From assembly GCF_006345805.1 (NCBI RefSeq), contig NC_043007.1, positions 28,830,001 through 28,894,000 on the forward strand: a stretch of 64,000 nucleotides of DNA, written 5' to 3'. The notes beneath the pieces are model-generated. The model was not told the DNA's origin and ran no database searches. It worked only from the letters and a program-made list of their open reading frames with translations. Shown here in pieces: positions 38,301-52,844 of this stretch (positions are counted from its first letter, which is position 1; every line of letters starts with the position of its first letter). The stretch comes from Octopus sinensis (lineage: Eukaryota). The position numbers were made by a program, and so were the translations under genes.

Positions 38301-38899
38301 AAAGATTAATTAAAAATTTAGTGATTATAAGAATAGAGATGGCATGTTCAATCCGAACTTGACACACAAAGACATCAACATATGGAAAGAAAATTGCTTC
38401 CATCTTTATTAGTCTAAAAATACTCCCCATGAAGGTGGTCTACTGGCTAGAATAACTTAGCATAGGAAGTTAGTGAAGTTGCTTAAATTAATGACTTTGA
38501 AAAAGAGAAAAAAACCTGGCTTGAGAAGAGGAGGGAAAACAATTCGTGTATGGTTCTATTTTCTTCCAAAGCCTTGAGTCAACATTTACAAGCAGTGTCT
38601 AGCTAGTTGTTATTATTATTACTATCATTATTATTATTACTATGAAAATTACTATTAAAAACATAACATTGCCTCAAATAAGCACACAATACGACCTAGC
38701 TGAGTTTGCAAAGATTTCCTTCAAGTATGTACAGCTTGTTATCAACACATGAAATCATAACAGTCATTTATTCGATGTTTGTTTTGTATTTCTCATGGAA
38801 GTATGACATAAAATATATAAACACTTCTCTAATCAAGTAGATTGGTAGGGCATCAGTGACAGCTTCAGTCTCATAGGGGTGCATAGAAAGGGTTACTGT

Positions 38900-39350
38900 T
38901 CTGACTTAATTCATTAAATGTCCTGTCTCCCAAACTCAATTCTTTTGCTCCTTAGTGTGTCTTGTCTTTCAGACAACACTAAACATATCTTACAATTCTT
39001 TCAGTCCACAATAGTTATCTCTGGAATTCAATCTTTGGCCATAGTTTTCCTCCATACATTTGTGAAAAAGATGGCCAAACTGATCATTAACCACATCAAA
39101 GTCATCAGGGTGGGAGGAGAGTGATCGACCAATTTCTGCTTGCATCACCAGACCAGAGAAATAAAAGATTGTCAGAAACACTTACTACTTCTCCCAATTG
39201 GATCAGTACCTAAGTGACCTTCTTTACACCCTGGCAGAGGTGCATCAGTCAGCCCACAGATGCATTGCTTAAGCTTCCATACCTGTGACTTTGGATCACT
39301 GTCTGGTAAAGTAAAGAAAGCCAAAATTTCAAAGTCACGCTTGAAATTGT
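38900..39350 (-). mobile_element. Ty1/copia-like reverse transcriptase relic
   Basis: VWKLKQCICGLTDA (copia L-x-K-x-x-YGL motif) followed about 50 codons later by SHPDDF (copia (Y/H)VDD motif). Confidence 0.65.
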
Positions 39351-39964
39351 CTTTATAAAATTTTATATATAAAGATAGAAATAAAATCATCATCATCATC
39401 GTTGTTTTCACATCTGCTTTGCCCTGCTTGCATTATTCTTTCATGCCATCCATACACTTGTTCACACAGATGCACATTCATTCTTGCTTACCCATACACT
39501 TGCAAATATATGGTTAAATACAAATATACACAGACATAAGTATATACATCTACTCATTCAATCTCCATATGTGTTTCAACAGAATGCTTATATTCAGGGC
39601 AATCCATGTATTAACAGATATATACACACATTCATCCTCTAATGTGTGCCTGTCCAAATACATATATGTTCATACATACAGATAAAGGGATATGCTAACT
39701 TATACACTCGTTTGTAAGTATATACCTCATACAGGCACACAGACATATACATACATACATACACACATTCATGCACATACATATCCATACACCTATATAT
39801 ATATATATATATATGTGCGTCTATAGATAGACAAATATATATACATACACACACAAATATACATGTATGTGTGTGTGTGTGTGTACATACACATACATCT
39901 GCACAATTGTCACAAAAAGACTCCAGGAATTTGCATCCAAGAGGTAAGGTGGAGAGGAACTTCA

Positions 39965-41065
39965 GGCAAAACACATAGGTATCTTCTGGGAAGGTAACAG
40001 TGATAGAGTAGATGGTATGGGCATACTTCTTGTAGAGAAATGGGTGGATAAGGTCATAGAGGAAGTCAGAGTGTGCGAATGAGTAGTTAAGCTCAGGCTA
40101 GTCTTGCAGAATAGTATAGCTACAATTATATCTGCCTATGCCCCACAAGCAGGCCTACCAAATGAACAGAAGGAGCACTTTTATGATATTCTTCTGCAGG
40201 CTACCTCAAAGACGAGTGACAATGATCTCATCTTCATGGCTGGGGATTTCAATGGGCATGTTGGATGGCAGCCTGGTATCTTCCATGGTGTTCATGGGGG
40301 TCAGGGAATTGGTTCCCAAAACAAAAAGAGGGAACAAGGCTATTGGATTTCTGTGATGTAAATAACCTTTTGATCAGCGACACCAACTTCAGGAAGCCAG
40401 CCAGTCACCTGATAACCTATCAGTCAGGTGACTCTGTTAGCCAGATTGATTTCATTCTCACCTGACAGCGGGATGCATGGTTGCTCTTAAATGAAAAGAC
40501 CTTCCCTGGTGAAGAATGTACCTCTCCCTACAGGATAGACTAGCCATTAGAAACTTTGGACTCCAGGTTGGAAGGATGCCAAGAAGCAGACCAATCTGGG
40601 AAAGAAAGATTTGGAAGTTTAAGGACCCTTCAATATGATCAGGGATTTAGGGACATCCTAATTGAGAAATTTGATGAGAGGGAGGGGAGCTACAAACTTG
40701 ACATAGAGGGCAGCTATGAATTCATGCGAGACAGCTTGCTGAGTGCCACAGACCAAATCTGTGGTTGGTGCAAAGTCCCTTCCAGACTTAGGGTAATGTG
40801 GTGGTGGGACAATACTGTACAAGGCCATTAGAGTAAAGAAACAGGCCTGGAAGAAGCTTGGAGATGCCATTATGAAACACTGCTGAATGTGGAGAACGAA
40901 TGGGAGGAGGAGGAGGAGTCTGCCAAATGTTGACCCAATTGTGGGACCAGCTACCTGAATTGACAGTACCTTGGTAGATAAAGTAATTAAGGATATGAAG
41001 ACAGGGAAAGCCCTGTGGCCCATCGGGAATGACCACTGAGATGCTGAAAAAAATATCTGGTGGTT
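39965..41065 (+). mobile_element. RTE apurinic endonuclease and linker fragment
   Basis: IISAYAPQAGL..FMAGDFNGHVG (ORF 40104-40361); TNFRK..SQIDFILT (ORF 40265-40465). Confidence 0.88.
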
Positions 41066-42894
41066 AAACTGTACTTTGTGACAGCAGGTTGAGTGATCCT
41101 TAACCATCTGCTTGTTTGCTGACAGCCAATAAAATATCAGTGAGTTATATTTAACCAAAATTTTCTTGATATTGGTTGGATGATTTGAAAATTTGCTGAT
41201 ATAATTTATGGTTTCATTAACTTTTATTGCATGGGTAAAATAATCGATTAGAGAGATTTAGGTAGGATCACATCCTAAATACTTACTATAAATAGATTTG
41301 TGTTCAATGGAATTGACAGATTAAGACCTTTGGAAAAGCCAGTTGGCTCTTTCCTGAATTGATCAAAAGCATGGGGGATGAAAATGGTCATGGTTAATGG
41401 ATCATCTTCCCTATAGAAACCCTCTAAAAGTTTGGATGTGTTTTAAAAATTCATTGTGAGTTTTTAAATTTTTTTTTTAGGTAGAAATGTTTTAACTAAA
41501 ATGGAACAATGTTGCTGGCCTCTGATTGTTTGACATCAGACATCACGGAGAAATCAAGTTTGTTATAAATAGATTTCATAAAGATACTCTGAAATATTTT
41601 GACTGCATTTTAATAAATTCCAAATATTTTGCTTTTACAGGAGCTATCAAGGAATTAGCAAAAAATGGCGACTCTTTGCTAAACATAAAATCTGTATCAT
41701 TACACACACAGAGTCCACTGTGTAAAGTGGTTGGCATTAAGAAGGGTGTCCAGCTGTAAAAACTTTAGCTGATAGTGGAGTTTGGTGCAGTCTCAAGGCT
41801 TACCTGCTCCTGTCAACTCATGCCAGCATGGAAAACTGGCCATTAACTGATGATGATGATGATGGTGCAATTTGAAACTTAAATTGCATGACAAATGACC
41901 AATATTGAAAACTTCATGTCTATTCCCTTTTGTGTTGTTACTAAAATGTACAGAGGATCAGGCTGTAACTAAATATCTTATACACAGTTTCTCACGTTTT
42001 GTTTTATTTTCTGTGTGTGTATGTGTGTGTGTATGTACAATTGTATATAGAAGCATATTTTCAGGTTAATTTAGGGAATAAATGAGGTCATCAGATCAGT
42101 CTCCTAACTCAAGTCCCTCGAGCAACCAAAGAATGGTGGTGCTAGGACACTACCTCTTTCTCACCATCACTTAAGTAGTCACATGTCAATGTTAAACTTT
42201 GGTGCCTTTTGTCCAAAGTAGATTTTTCTCTGCAAGTCCCTCACTCAAGATATCATTTATCCATCTAAATCTCAGCTCTCCGATTTCACAATACGAAAAC
42301 TTAATATCATTTCCGTGGTTGAGAGTGGATTTCCTTCTGATAAACAGTTTCTACCGACATTGGGCAATTATATAAATTAAGTCAAGTCTTTAAAATTTAC
42401 AATGATAACCATAATGACAATGATGATGATGATGGTGGTGGTGGTGGTGATAGTGCTGGTGATGATGACGGTGGTGAAAGTAGTGATGATGCTGATGATG
42501 TTGATCGTTATGCTCTTGTATACAGTGGTGTTTATAGTGCTGCTGGTTACTGCAAGGGTGATATGGTGATGATGGCTAAAGAAGTGATGGTGTGAAAATG
42601 ATGTTGGTGATGGTTATGACAATAATGATAATGGTGGTGATGATGCTGAATATATTCCAGAGAAACAGATTAAATGAATTAGTGAGAGAGGAGGAGGAGG
42701 AGGAGGAGGGGAGAAATAAGGGATCAATGATCAACACATTAAACTATTTTGTCTTCAGAGCTGTTTCATAAGACAAGCAGGAGGTCAGTATTAAATGGGG
42801 CACAATGAAACTATAACAAGCTTGCCTTGTTACAAAGTGTTCTAAATGGGCAAAACTGGGATCAATTCACATTGGAACCAACTTAGTATCTGGG

Positions 42895-43290
42895 AGGTTG
42901 CCTAGCCCCAGATCAGCCCTGATTTAACAGACCTATGATCACATATGTTCCACCTATGACCATCATGTTTTAATGAGTAAATAGGCCTACATTAAATAGC
43001 ATGCTCCTTGAGGAAGATTTCACTGCTATTTCTATCTGCAAAGTGACCACACAAAGACTGCTTCACCAGTTTGTCAGTCTTTAAACCATAAGACTGAAGG
43101 TCTGTATGGAAATGTGGATCCTACTAGAAATCTATCTCAAATCGCATGCTACTGTATTAAAAAGGAGAGGCACATTGGATAAGGAATCCAAGATATATTA
43201 TGCCTAAATAAAAGATGGAATAATCACAGCTATATGTCTATAATATTGTAGGTTGACTGGATCAAGGCTGATCTGGAGACAATCACCAAC
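42895..43290. mobile_element. Head-to-head pair of a further dispersed repeat (GAAATTGCAGCCAAA..GGCTGA(T/C)CTGGGG..AAACAACAAC)
   Basis: Other copies at about 1.15, 46.95 and 48.95 kb (+) and 37.8 and 50.2 kb (-). Confidence 0.65.
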
Positions 43291-44689
43291 AAAACATCCC
43301 TTTATGTTAGATAACATTGTCCTTGGATATATTTGAAGAGAGGATGATCTGCTGGGAGAGAACTGACTTGCGTGTAAATAACAGTAACAAAACCAAGTTG
43401 CAGACTCTCCTCTCAGTAACCTGAATAGAGTCGGACCCCCCCCCCACCCTTACACAACATTAGGACAGACTCCCGTGGTATGATAACAATCTAAAGAAGA
43501 CAACTTTATTATACTATCTATTCCTGTTATTCCAAAGACTGACAGTCAAAAATATCACCAGACCTCTGGCTTACATTTTCTACAGGAAAAGTGCATGCGT
43601 GCGTGTGTGTGTGCGTGTGTGTGTGTGTGTGCATGTGTGCGTGCGTGTGTGTGTGCGTGTGTGTGTGTGCATGTGTGTGTGGTGGCAGATAGAATCCAAG
43701 GAAGCACTTAATGGTGAGTTTCAGTAAAATAAGATAAATACCACAAGAAGTGAAAACCATTTTCTCTTCATGAAATATTTATCTTATTTTACGAATTATA
43801 CTCTGAGTAATTTAACTAATTACTGTTGTTGCTCTTTCATTTCATTATTATTATTGTTATTATTATTATTATTCAAATACTGCTGAGGTTGACTTTGCCT
43901 TTTATCCTTTAAGGGTCAATAAAATAAGTACCAGGTGGACACTGGGGGTCAATGAAATGGACTCATCCTCCCACAAGCTGCCCTTGTGGCAAAAATTTGA
44001 AATACTAATTCTTCTTCTTCTTCTTCTTCTTCTTCTTATTATTATTATTATTACTCTAATTATTACCGTAATGTTTCAGAAGTTGTTGTGTTTCTGAAAT
44101 ATCCTTCCTGTGGGATAGTTCTGTCTGAAATATCTACTTTGACTTTGTATCCCTTTTCTCTCTTCTATTCATTCCTATTCCCACACCTCACTACTTCTAA
44201 CTCGGATAATTACAGCTTCTCACTTGTCTTCAATTTAACATCTATTTCGGATTTATTATCCAACATCTAAGAAAAACTTGGATAATTGTAATGAATTTTT
44301 TGGTGGTCTGTGGTGGTGATGCCGGACACATTCTACAGAAGCCTAGCTTCCTCACAGAGTCTGGCTTTTCCTAACTAAACATTTGTTTACAGTTGATAAT
44401 CCTAATTCCAACAAATATATCATCATGTATCTCTGTGCTTCTCTGAAGAACGGCATTGGACAGGGATATTTAGAAGACAATACATTGATAGCAACTGCAG
44501 ACAAGGACAGAATGTTAGCTTCTACTTTATCTTACAGAACAAAAACTTCCATCTCTTCAGATTTATTTCCATTCAACCCTGGTCACACACACACTTGACA
44601 ATTTTTACATCTGAAGTTCTCCATGTTACTATGATTGAAACAACATCAAACTTACGCTCAGCAGTAGATGATAAAGTAAACAGTGTGTG

Positions 44690-44734
<45 letters not shown>

Positions 44735-45024
44735 ATATATATATATATACAGGAGTTCAGCAAAAATTTATATTCTGATGAATATGGTACTTAAGTTGAG
44801 GCACCAGAATTTAGTACGGTATTATCCATACAATTTCAAAGGAAGGTGATTAAATATACACTCACACACACACAGATATATTAGTAGCCATCATAGTATA
44901 TGCATACCACTGGCAGACTGAGAATGCAAGCTTCATATGTTGGGCAGTATGTGTAAGTATACTTGAGACTGAGTTTCTTAATTGCCCAAATGGCTCGTTA
45001 GAAGTAGTTGATTGCTTTTGTTAC

Positions 45025-45490
45025 CTAGGGAGGTGTCTGCTCTGAAAGTATAGCTGCTAGAGTAAGGACTGGTTGGAAAGAGTTCAGAGACCTACTACCC
45101 CTGCTGAGATAGCAAAGATCTTCCCTAAAAGTGAAGGGCAGATTGTATGATGCTTGGGTTAGAACTGTAATGCTGCATGGTTGTGAGACATGAGCCTCGA
45201 ATGCAGAGGACTTGAGATAGAAATGAATTGAACATTGGATGTGTAATGTGTGTGTGTGTGTGAAAGTTTGTAGAAAGGTGCTAATTGAAAAACTGGGTGT
45301 AAGAGAAGTCAGATGTTGTGATAAAGAAAGAAGAATGAAATGGGATGGCCATGTGATGCGTATGAATGAGGACAGCTGCATAAAGAAGTGCCACTCACTT
45401 AATGTGGCTGGAAGGAGAGGGCCAGGAAGGCATGGGATGAGCCTGATGGATTAGATGACAAAGGATCTGGATCCCTGGTAATATGAGGTT
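45025..45490 (+). mobile_element. RTE C-terminal relic
   Basis: VKGRLYDA..MLHGCET..WDGHVMRMNEDSCIKKC. Confidence 0.75.
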
Positions 45491-47732
45491 CTCAAAAAGA
45501 TTTGCCCTCCTCAGCAAAACTGAGTCAAGATAGAGCCATATTTTGGGTTTCCCAGCCCTTAAAGTCACTCCCACTCCCCTCATGCACTATGTCTACCCCT
45601 TCCCCCTCCCTCCCTCTTTTCCTTTCCCTCCCCAACAACAGTGCCATCTTTACTACTCCTGCTACTTGTATACCCCATCATCCTCCCCTTAATCTCACCA
45701 GTCTCTCCACCTCCCCAAACCACTTACTCAGCCACTGTTATTCAGTTTGTGCCTTGTGGGGCCACCTGGGTACCTTTTCACCATATCTAAGTCTTGCAGC
45801 TCCTACTGATCATTTCCCCCTATTTCCCATGCAGATCCCACCATAAGTACCTGCTCTGCCCCCATCCCCTCATCCCCGAGCATGAAGCTGACCCACCTCC
45901 CACCCCAGAGTCTTTAGTCTTGTGAACTGCATGGTGACCTCAATAGTGCAGGCAGCAAGTTAAAAACAGCAGCCAGTTCTCAATGTAAAGTGGTTGGAGT
46001 AAAGAAGGGCGTCCAGCTGCAAAATTCATATGAACCTGTAGCCATTCCTTGCCTTAATTCGAACCTGGAGTGTTTGTTTTTGAATTAGGAAAGTTTCCAT
46101 AACCAAAAAACTGGATTTTTCAAATTTAGGGTTGACATCATAAAAAAACTAACCAATAATGCCCAACACATTGTATTCATTGACTGACACCAATAAAAAC
46201 AGTTGTTGATTGCTAATCAGTGAAGCTTTGATCAAACTATATGCAGTTTGTCTAAAGAGCTTGACAGGCTGACAGTCTCTACGTCAAGAGCTTGACAATA
46301 TGAGTAGCAAAGAAGAATGGCCAGCAAATTCTTACACTTGGCAGAGTTTCCATAGTTGCAACCATCAAAATACTGTGCTGTAAAAGGAACTGGCTACCCC
46401 GACATTAGGTGAGTCATCTCCTTCACAAGCATATTTGGTTTCTCTTTTAACAGTCTACCTCTATAATCAGAAATCTCTGATAATACTTTGTTTTCTTTCC
46501 TTGGAACGGTTGCATTCCATTAAAGCTTTTATCAATAAAACCAATGATAGATGAAAAATGAATGACTATTTTCCTCAATCATCCAACATTTATCTCATTA
46601 ATATGACAAAATCACTTTCATATCATAGTTAAAAGTTTTAGTATATGATGATGTGGTACTTATTTTATCAATATATAAGAATAAAAAGTAGAATTGATAA
46701 TGGCAAAATAGGAATTCAGAATGTAAAAAGACTAAATACAAGGCATCCTCACTGTCGTTTCACATATTGCCCTCATACCAATGGACAGTCAGTCTTACTT
46801 TTTATTTTCTACATTATTTATAAAGACAGTTGGTGGGTGTTTAAATATTTTCTTTAGCAATGTCTAAGCTTACTCCATTGTTCACTGCCATGCAACACAA
46901 AATATGGGTTCAAACTCTAAATGATAGTCAAATAGCAACCAAATCTCTCTGAAATCACAAACTCCTCTCCGAGAAAAGGAGATATTTGATAATGCAAATA
47001 TATTTTCTGTGCATGTGAGAATAAAATGAGATAGCATGTGTAGAACAGCACAGATCACTGAATAACCTGCTGGATCAGGGTTGACCTAGGGTTAAATAAC
47101 AACAACTTCTGGTATACCCAATACAAATCTGGCATGGTAACCATGACAACTAAATATACTGACATCAATGCCCATTCCTTTGAGCTGGTGCATAAACAGT
47201 GAGGAAAAAGTGGAATAGCGAAAGTTTCAGATTTGAAAAAGAAATTCCACGTCCAAGAGTTCCTGATGAGTTTTAATTAGTGACGAAGGATTTCGATCAG
47301 CTTATTTTATATTTTCACTGGTTGTGTGAGAGTGTGTGTGTGTGTATACATCCATGTATGCAGGTATGTGTGTGAGTGCATGTATGTGTGTGAGTGTATA
47401 TATGTGTATGCAATTTCTAACCTATCTAGGAGGGCATTAACTCTAAATAAGAACTGTCTTGTACTCTAACAAGTCATCCAAGCCATGCTAACATGGGAAA
47501 ATGGGTTAAAAACGATGATCTAAATGTAGGGTGTTATAAATTTCGTATGCTATACGTAGCTATCTGATATCTTCTACTTAATGATCCTCATTATCATCAG
47601 GGTTGTGTAGAAAGCGATGGGAATTTATTAGATCAGTCTGGGTCTTTCTTCCATTACTCACTCCTTTGTTAACCTCATCATCTTGCTGTTTCTATTCAGT
47701 ATCATCATCAACAACTGTCATCTAGCTGCCTA

Positions 47733-48733
47733 CTCACCTCCCTCTCTCTTAGCTTTTACTCTTCTTTCTCTCACCTCCCTCTCTCTTAGCTTTTACTCTT
47801 CTTTCTCTCACCTCCCTCTCTCTTAGCTTCTACTCTTCTTTCTCTCATCTCCCTCTCTCTTAGCTTCTACTCTTCTTTCTCTCACCTCCCTCTCTCTTAG
47901 CTTCTACTCTTCTTTCTCTCACCTCCCTCTCTCTTAGCTTCTACTCTTCTTTCTCTCACCTCCCTCTCTCTTAGCTTTTGCTCTTCTTTCTCTCACCTCC
48001 CTCTCTCTTAGCTTTTGCTCTTCTTTCTCTCATCTCCCTCTCTCTTAGCTTTTACTCTTCTTTCTCTCACCTCCCTCTTCTTAGCTTTTGCTCTTCTTTC
48101 TCTTCTTTCTCTCACCTCCCTCTCTCTTAGCTTTTGCTCTTCTTTCTCTCACCTCCCTCTCTCTTAGCTTTTACTCTTCTTTCTCTCACCTCCCTCTCTC
48201 TTAGCTTTTGCTCTTCTTTCTCTCACCTCCCTCTCTCTTAGCTTTTACTCTTCTTTCTCTCACCTCCCTCTCTCTTAGCTTTTGCTCTTCTTTCTCTCAC
48301 CTCCCTCTCTTAGCTTTTACTCTTCTTTCTCTCACCTCCCTCTCTCTTAGCTTTTGCTCTTCTTTCTCTCACCTCCCTCTCTCTTAGCTTTTACTCTTCT
48401 TTCTCTCACCTCCCTCTCTCTTAGCTTTTGCTCTTCTTTCTCTCACCTCCCTCTCTCTTAGCTTTTACTCTTCTTTCTCTCACCTCCCTCTCTCTTAGCT
48501 TCTACTCTTCTTTCTCTCATCTCCCTCTCTCTTAGCTTTTACTCTTCTTTCTCTCACCTCCCTCTCTCTTAGCTTCTACTCTTCTTTCTCTCACCTCCCT
48601 CTCTCTTAGCTTTTACTCTTCTTTCTCTCACCTCCCTCTCTCTCAGCTTTTGCTCTTCTTTCTCTCACCTCCCTCTCTCTTAGCTTCTACTCTTCTTTCT
48701 CTCACCTCCCTCTCTCTTAGCTTTTGCTCTTCC
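47733..48733. repeat. 37-bp polypyrimidine minisatellite, about 27 copies
   Basis: Unit CTCACCTCCCTCTCTCTTAGCTTTTACTCTTCTTTCT, with variants TTTTA/TTCTA/TTTTG. Confidence 0.97.
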
Positions 48734-50679
48734 TTCTATCAATTAGTGTTGCTCAGTTAAACTACAGGGTTGAGTTTAGTTCTTCCTTCCAATATAGTTT
48801 GGAGAGAGATTTCATGAAGCTGACAACTTGCTCCTTGATGAAGTCTTCAGGGTTGGTTCCTCCTACAAGTCACATGCTGTTTGTGCTGCCATTCCAATGA
48901 GTAAGTCAATAAGGAAGCCTCTCTCTGCTTATACAAGAGGCTAGAAATTGCAGCCAGCTAATTCTTCTTCTAATCACATCCTGTTATCTAAAAAAAAGAG
49001 AGGACACATTGGATAATGTTGTTCCAGATGTACAATCAATAAAAGATGAAATGGTTACGGCTGGAATATCTTTGATCATCGGTCTACCACATTAGTGCTG
49101 GCCTGGGGTTAAACAACAACTAAAAAATTCCCAGCACTTTAGAAATGATGAGAAGGAATTGCTTTCTGGCCACTTCAAACAGAATCCTTTGTCATGTGAT
49201 CTTAGCCATGTTCTTCACCAACTTCTTAATGACTCCTTCCACTTGACTGACCACAATAAATCTATCAGTGACTTCACTAATTACACCAATTAGTAAAGAA
49301 AGAAACTAGTGCATCCTACTTAGTATGACTCAGCCAGGCTGACCACAGTGCTGTGGTAGGAACGAATTACTTTCAGTGTTAAATACATGAGTAGTAGTAG
49401 AAGAAGAAGAAGAAGAAGAAGAAGAAGAAGCCCCACAACAGATGCCACCCCCACCTAGACAATGGTGAATGTAAAAAGAGATTTGAATTAACCAAAGCCA
49501 GTTATTGAGATTATGGAATGTATTTTATCTGAGAAACTACTGAAAAAAAGAAGAAAAAAAAAGGAAAGAATATTTCCTTTGTTCGTGAACTGTTAGCAGT
49601 GAGTAAAACGGTTTCCTGTGATAGAAGCCCTGACACCTGTTGCTCACTTGAAATCAACAGTCATTGAGATCAAAATGGCTGACATGAGTCAGACTTTGAA
49701 AAGACCCAATGTGATATATGAATTAATTGCAATGTTGGTTTAGTAAACTGCAAAATACGAATTATCCTCCTGTACCTATCTCTCTATTAAAGGCACTAAG
49801 AACTGACTGAGAGGTACAGGAAGGGAGAAGAATTGCCACAGAATCGGATATTTCCTGCAACTGTCCAAAGGCGAGTGAATCAGAAGACCAGTGGTGTACA
49901 GTGTGTTGCCTAAGGTTCTAAATATAGGTCTTGTGGCAAAGAGTCGTTAAATAGGGAGCTGTTAAAATGTGTCATACATATTCTGGCACAAAATTTAGAT
50001 TCTAAGAGCTTAAGAAAGTGTATTTGCTCGGAAGTGAGATGAGAGAAGAAATTGGTTAAGTGATGGCAGTTCATTACTAATTTCCTCAACTTTAATTGCT
50101 CAAGAATCAGCTTCCATTGTTAAACAAGAGGATGACTAACAGACACACAACTGTGTCACACAATACGTTCCCAATGATTGTTATTCAACCCCAAGTCAGC
50201 CCTCATTGAACAAACTTTTGTATTGAGACAATCTAGTCATGACCACCACTGCTTTTTTTCATTGTCTAAGGTGTGCTTTTTAAAAAAAAATATTAGGGAA
50301 TGATTTTAGGGAGATTGGGTTGTTGTATCTTGTAGGTTGAGTGCCTTTTACCCACCAATACATGCAAAATGTAATTGCTGAAGAGAGAGGGAGTGGTGAA
50401 AGGGAGGGAGAGAGAGAGAGGGGGAGAGTGAGGGAGAGAATGAGTGCTGACCAAATACTGCTGGTGCAACTCTCTCATTTTCTTTCTCTCCTTTTTCTCT
50501 CTGTCTATACAAGATGCTTTCTCACGACAAATACTTTAGTAGTGTCACTTTCTACAGTATATCCACATTAAGTAAGATTTACAGAATGCTATTCTGAACT
50601 AATACTGCTTCCATCACTTATAACAATTACACACACACACAAACTCCTCACATAAATGGGACATGGGTACAAGTTCTTT

Positions 50680-52230
50680 TGGGCAAGTACGAGTGGGTGA
50701 GGTAGACATACTGTTAACTGAGAAATGGATAAAGAAATTGAAGTAATCAGTGTCTGATGGGATAATTACAATGCAACTAGTTACAACTGCACAACATTTA
50801 TCTTTGCATCCACCCACAGGCAGGATTGGCTGAAAAACAGAAAGACCCCTTCTAAAAGACTACCTCAATGGTTGACGGTGTCTTCATTATTGTTGTTGGC
50901 AACCTCAAATGAACACGTTTGCCAACACAATGTTGGCTTTCGTGAGATAGATGGAGGCTGTAGACATGGTTCAAGAAGTGAGGAAGGTAGAATGCTCCAC
51001 CCATGATGCAACTGATTTAGTTACTTGTGTGACACACACACTTTCAGAAACCTCACCATCTAGCAATCTGGTGGACACAGGTCAGATTTCATCCACACCA
51101 GAATAGTGGGCAGAAGGGCCATTGTAAAGAGGAAAACTTTTCCTGGCAAAGAATGTAGCACGAAACATAGATTGGTGGTTAATGACCTCAGAGTCAGAAC
51201 TAGGGAGGCACAAAAACAGATGTTAAGAAGAAGACAGAGAAGCTAAAAGACAGGGACACTTTGGAGGTTTGGAGAAATTCAAACTGATGCATAATGATTG
51301 TAGGAAGAAAGGGTTAAGATATCTGTAGCAATAAATGACAATTGGGAATTTCTGTGAAATAAGCAGCAACTCAGGCATATGAATGGAGCAAAATTCCAGC
51401 CAAGCTGAAGGTGACATGATGGTGGAATGACACAGTTGATATGACACAGTAAAAGCTAAGAGACAGGCAAGGAAAAAAACCAGGAAGAACTCCTAGAATC
51501 AAGAGGACCCATTGTTATCTTAGCAAAGACAAGTATTTTAGAAGTAGGGAAGAAGACAGGATTCTGGTACCTTCAGAGAAATGGCCTTGCTTGATATGCA
51601 GAAAAGGAGTAGGTATAAACTCTATATGTTGTGAGATGTAGTGGAATCATAGCCAGACTAACAAAGAAAGTCTGCTTCACTTTTGACAGATGCAGCAGAA
51701 CGTACTCAGAGTAGCAGTAGCAGTAAAAGTAGTTGATAGATTTTGCTGTGTAGGAGAGATGGTTGCTTTGAAAGTAAAGCAGTCAAGGTAAGAAGGGTTT
51801 GGCAAAATTCGGGGATTTTCCACTGTTGCTGGCAACAAAGGTCTTTCCTCTCAGAGTGTAAAGTATAGATTATATGAAACTTGTGTTTGAACCATTATGT
51901 TGAATGGTCATGTGACATGGACCTTGAATGCAAAGGACTCAAAAACCCTAAAAGAGATTAATCTAGCCTGTTCACTGCACATGCAATGTATGTGTGCATG
52001 AACAGCAAGGTACAAGTGTGTTGCGAGAAAAACTGGGCACAAGAGGGTCAGATGCAGTGTGAAAGAAAGAAGACAAGTGTTGTTAGAGGTATGTGATGCA
52101 TATGGACAAGGGCAGCTGTACAAAGAAGGGCTGAGTACTTGATGTGATTGGAACATGCAGAGGGAGACTTAGGAAGACACGAGATGAAGTGGCAATGGCT
52201 AAAGAAATTGGCTGATGAGGGAGACACAGT
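50680..52230 (+). mobile_element. Decayed RTE endonuclease and C-terminal fragments
   Basis: PQAGLAEKQKD, TFPGKECSTKHRLVVNDL, and 3' relics at 51920-52230. Confidence 0.65.
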
Positions 52231-52844
52231 ATGGGGTACACACTGACAGAGATGTAGGTGAGAGGATTGCAGGGGTGGAAATAGTGAGTGATGATAGACA
52301 AAAGTGGTGGGTGGCTGTGAAAGGCAGATCTGAGAGGGTGTTCTAGGAGAAGGAGTGCGCAGTAGAAAATGAAATGGTAATGGATGGTTCTGACAATAAA
52401 AGGATGAGTGATAAAAGGAAGTGGTTCCAAGGGAAGGACTCTCGAACTGCAGAAAAGGGAATCTGATAATCTACAATTCTTGAGTGAGTAGCACCAAAAC
52501 TATGCCTACACACACACACACACATTCACTTTTGCCAGCTTCTGTCATTGGATAGTGGCCATACTAGAGCATCACTGAAGGGTTTAATCAATTAAATTGA
52601 GACTGTACTTGTTCCATGGCTCTCTTTTACAGAATTGCTAAGTTATGGAGATGTAAATAAACCAACACTGGTTATCAAATGAATACACACAAACATGCAT
52701 ATTTTACACACACATATGAGGGGCTTCTATATAGTTTCCACCTACCAAATTCCCTTGCAATGGACCTTCACACCAATTTTGTTGCAGGTGTTACCTTTAG
52801 AACGTAGACAGTCAGACTAGATGCCGAGTTCAAATGCATGTTTA

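Noticed and set aside
38245-38430. ORF with KMEAI..QVRIEH resembling a PLAT strand
   Set aside because: The similarity covers only a few residues and there are no fitting splice sites or flanking motifs.
42190-42340. Minus frame containing EIGELRFRWIND, a possible decayed PLAT exon
   Set aside because: Only IGEL matches, which is not distinguishable from chance by eye.
47257-47300. CTGATGAG..CGAAG hammerhead-like string
   Set aside because: It has GAAG instead of GAAA, no stem I or stem III partner, and no PLE nearby.
47733-48733. CRISPR-like array (37-bp repeat)
   Set aside because: There are no spacers, the units are directly adjacent, the context is eukaryotic, and no cas genes are present.
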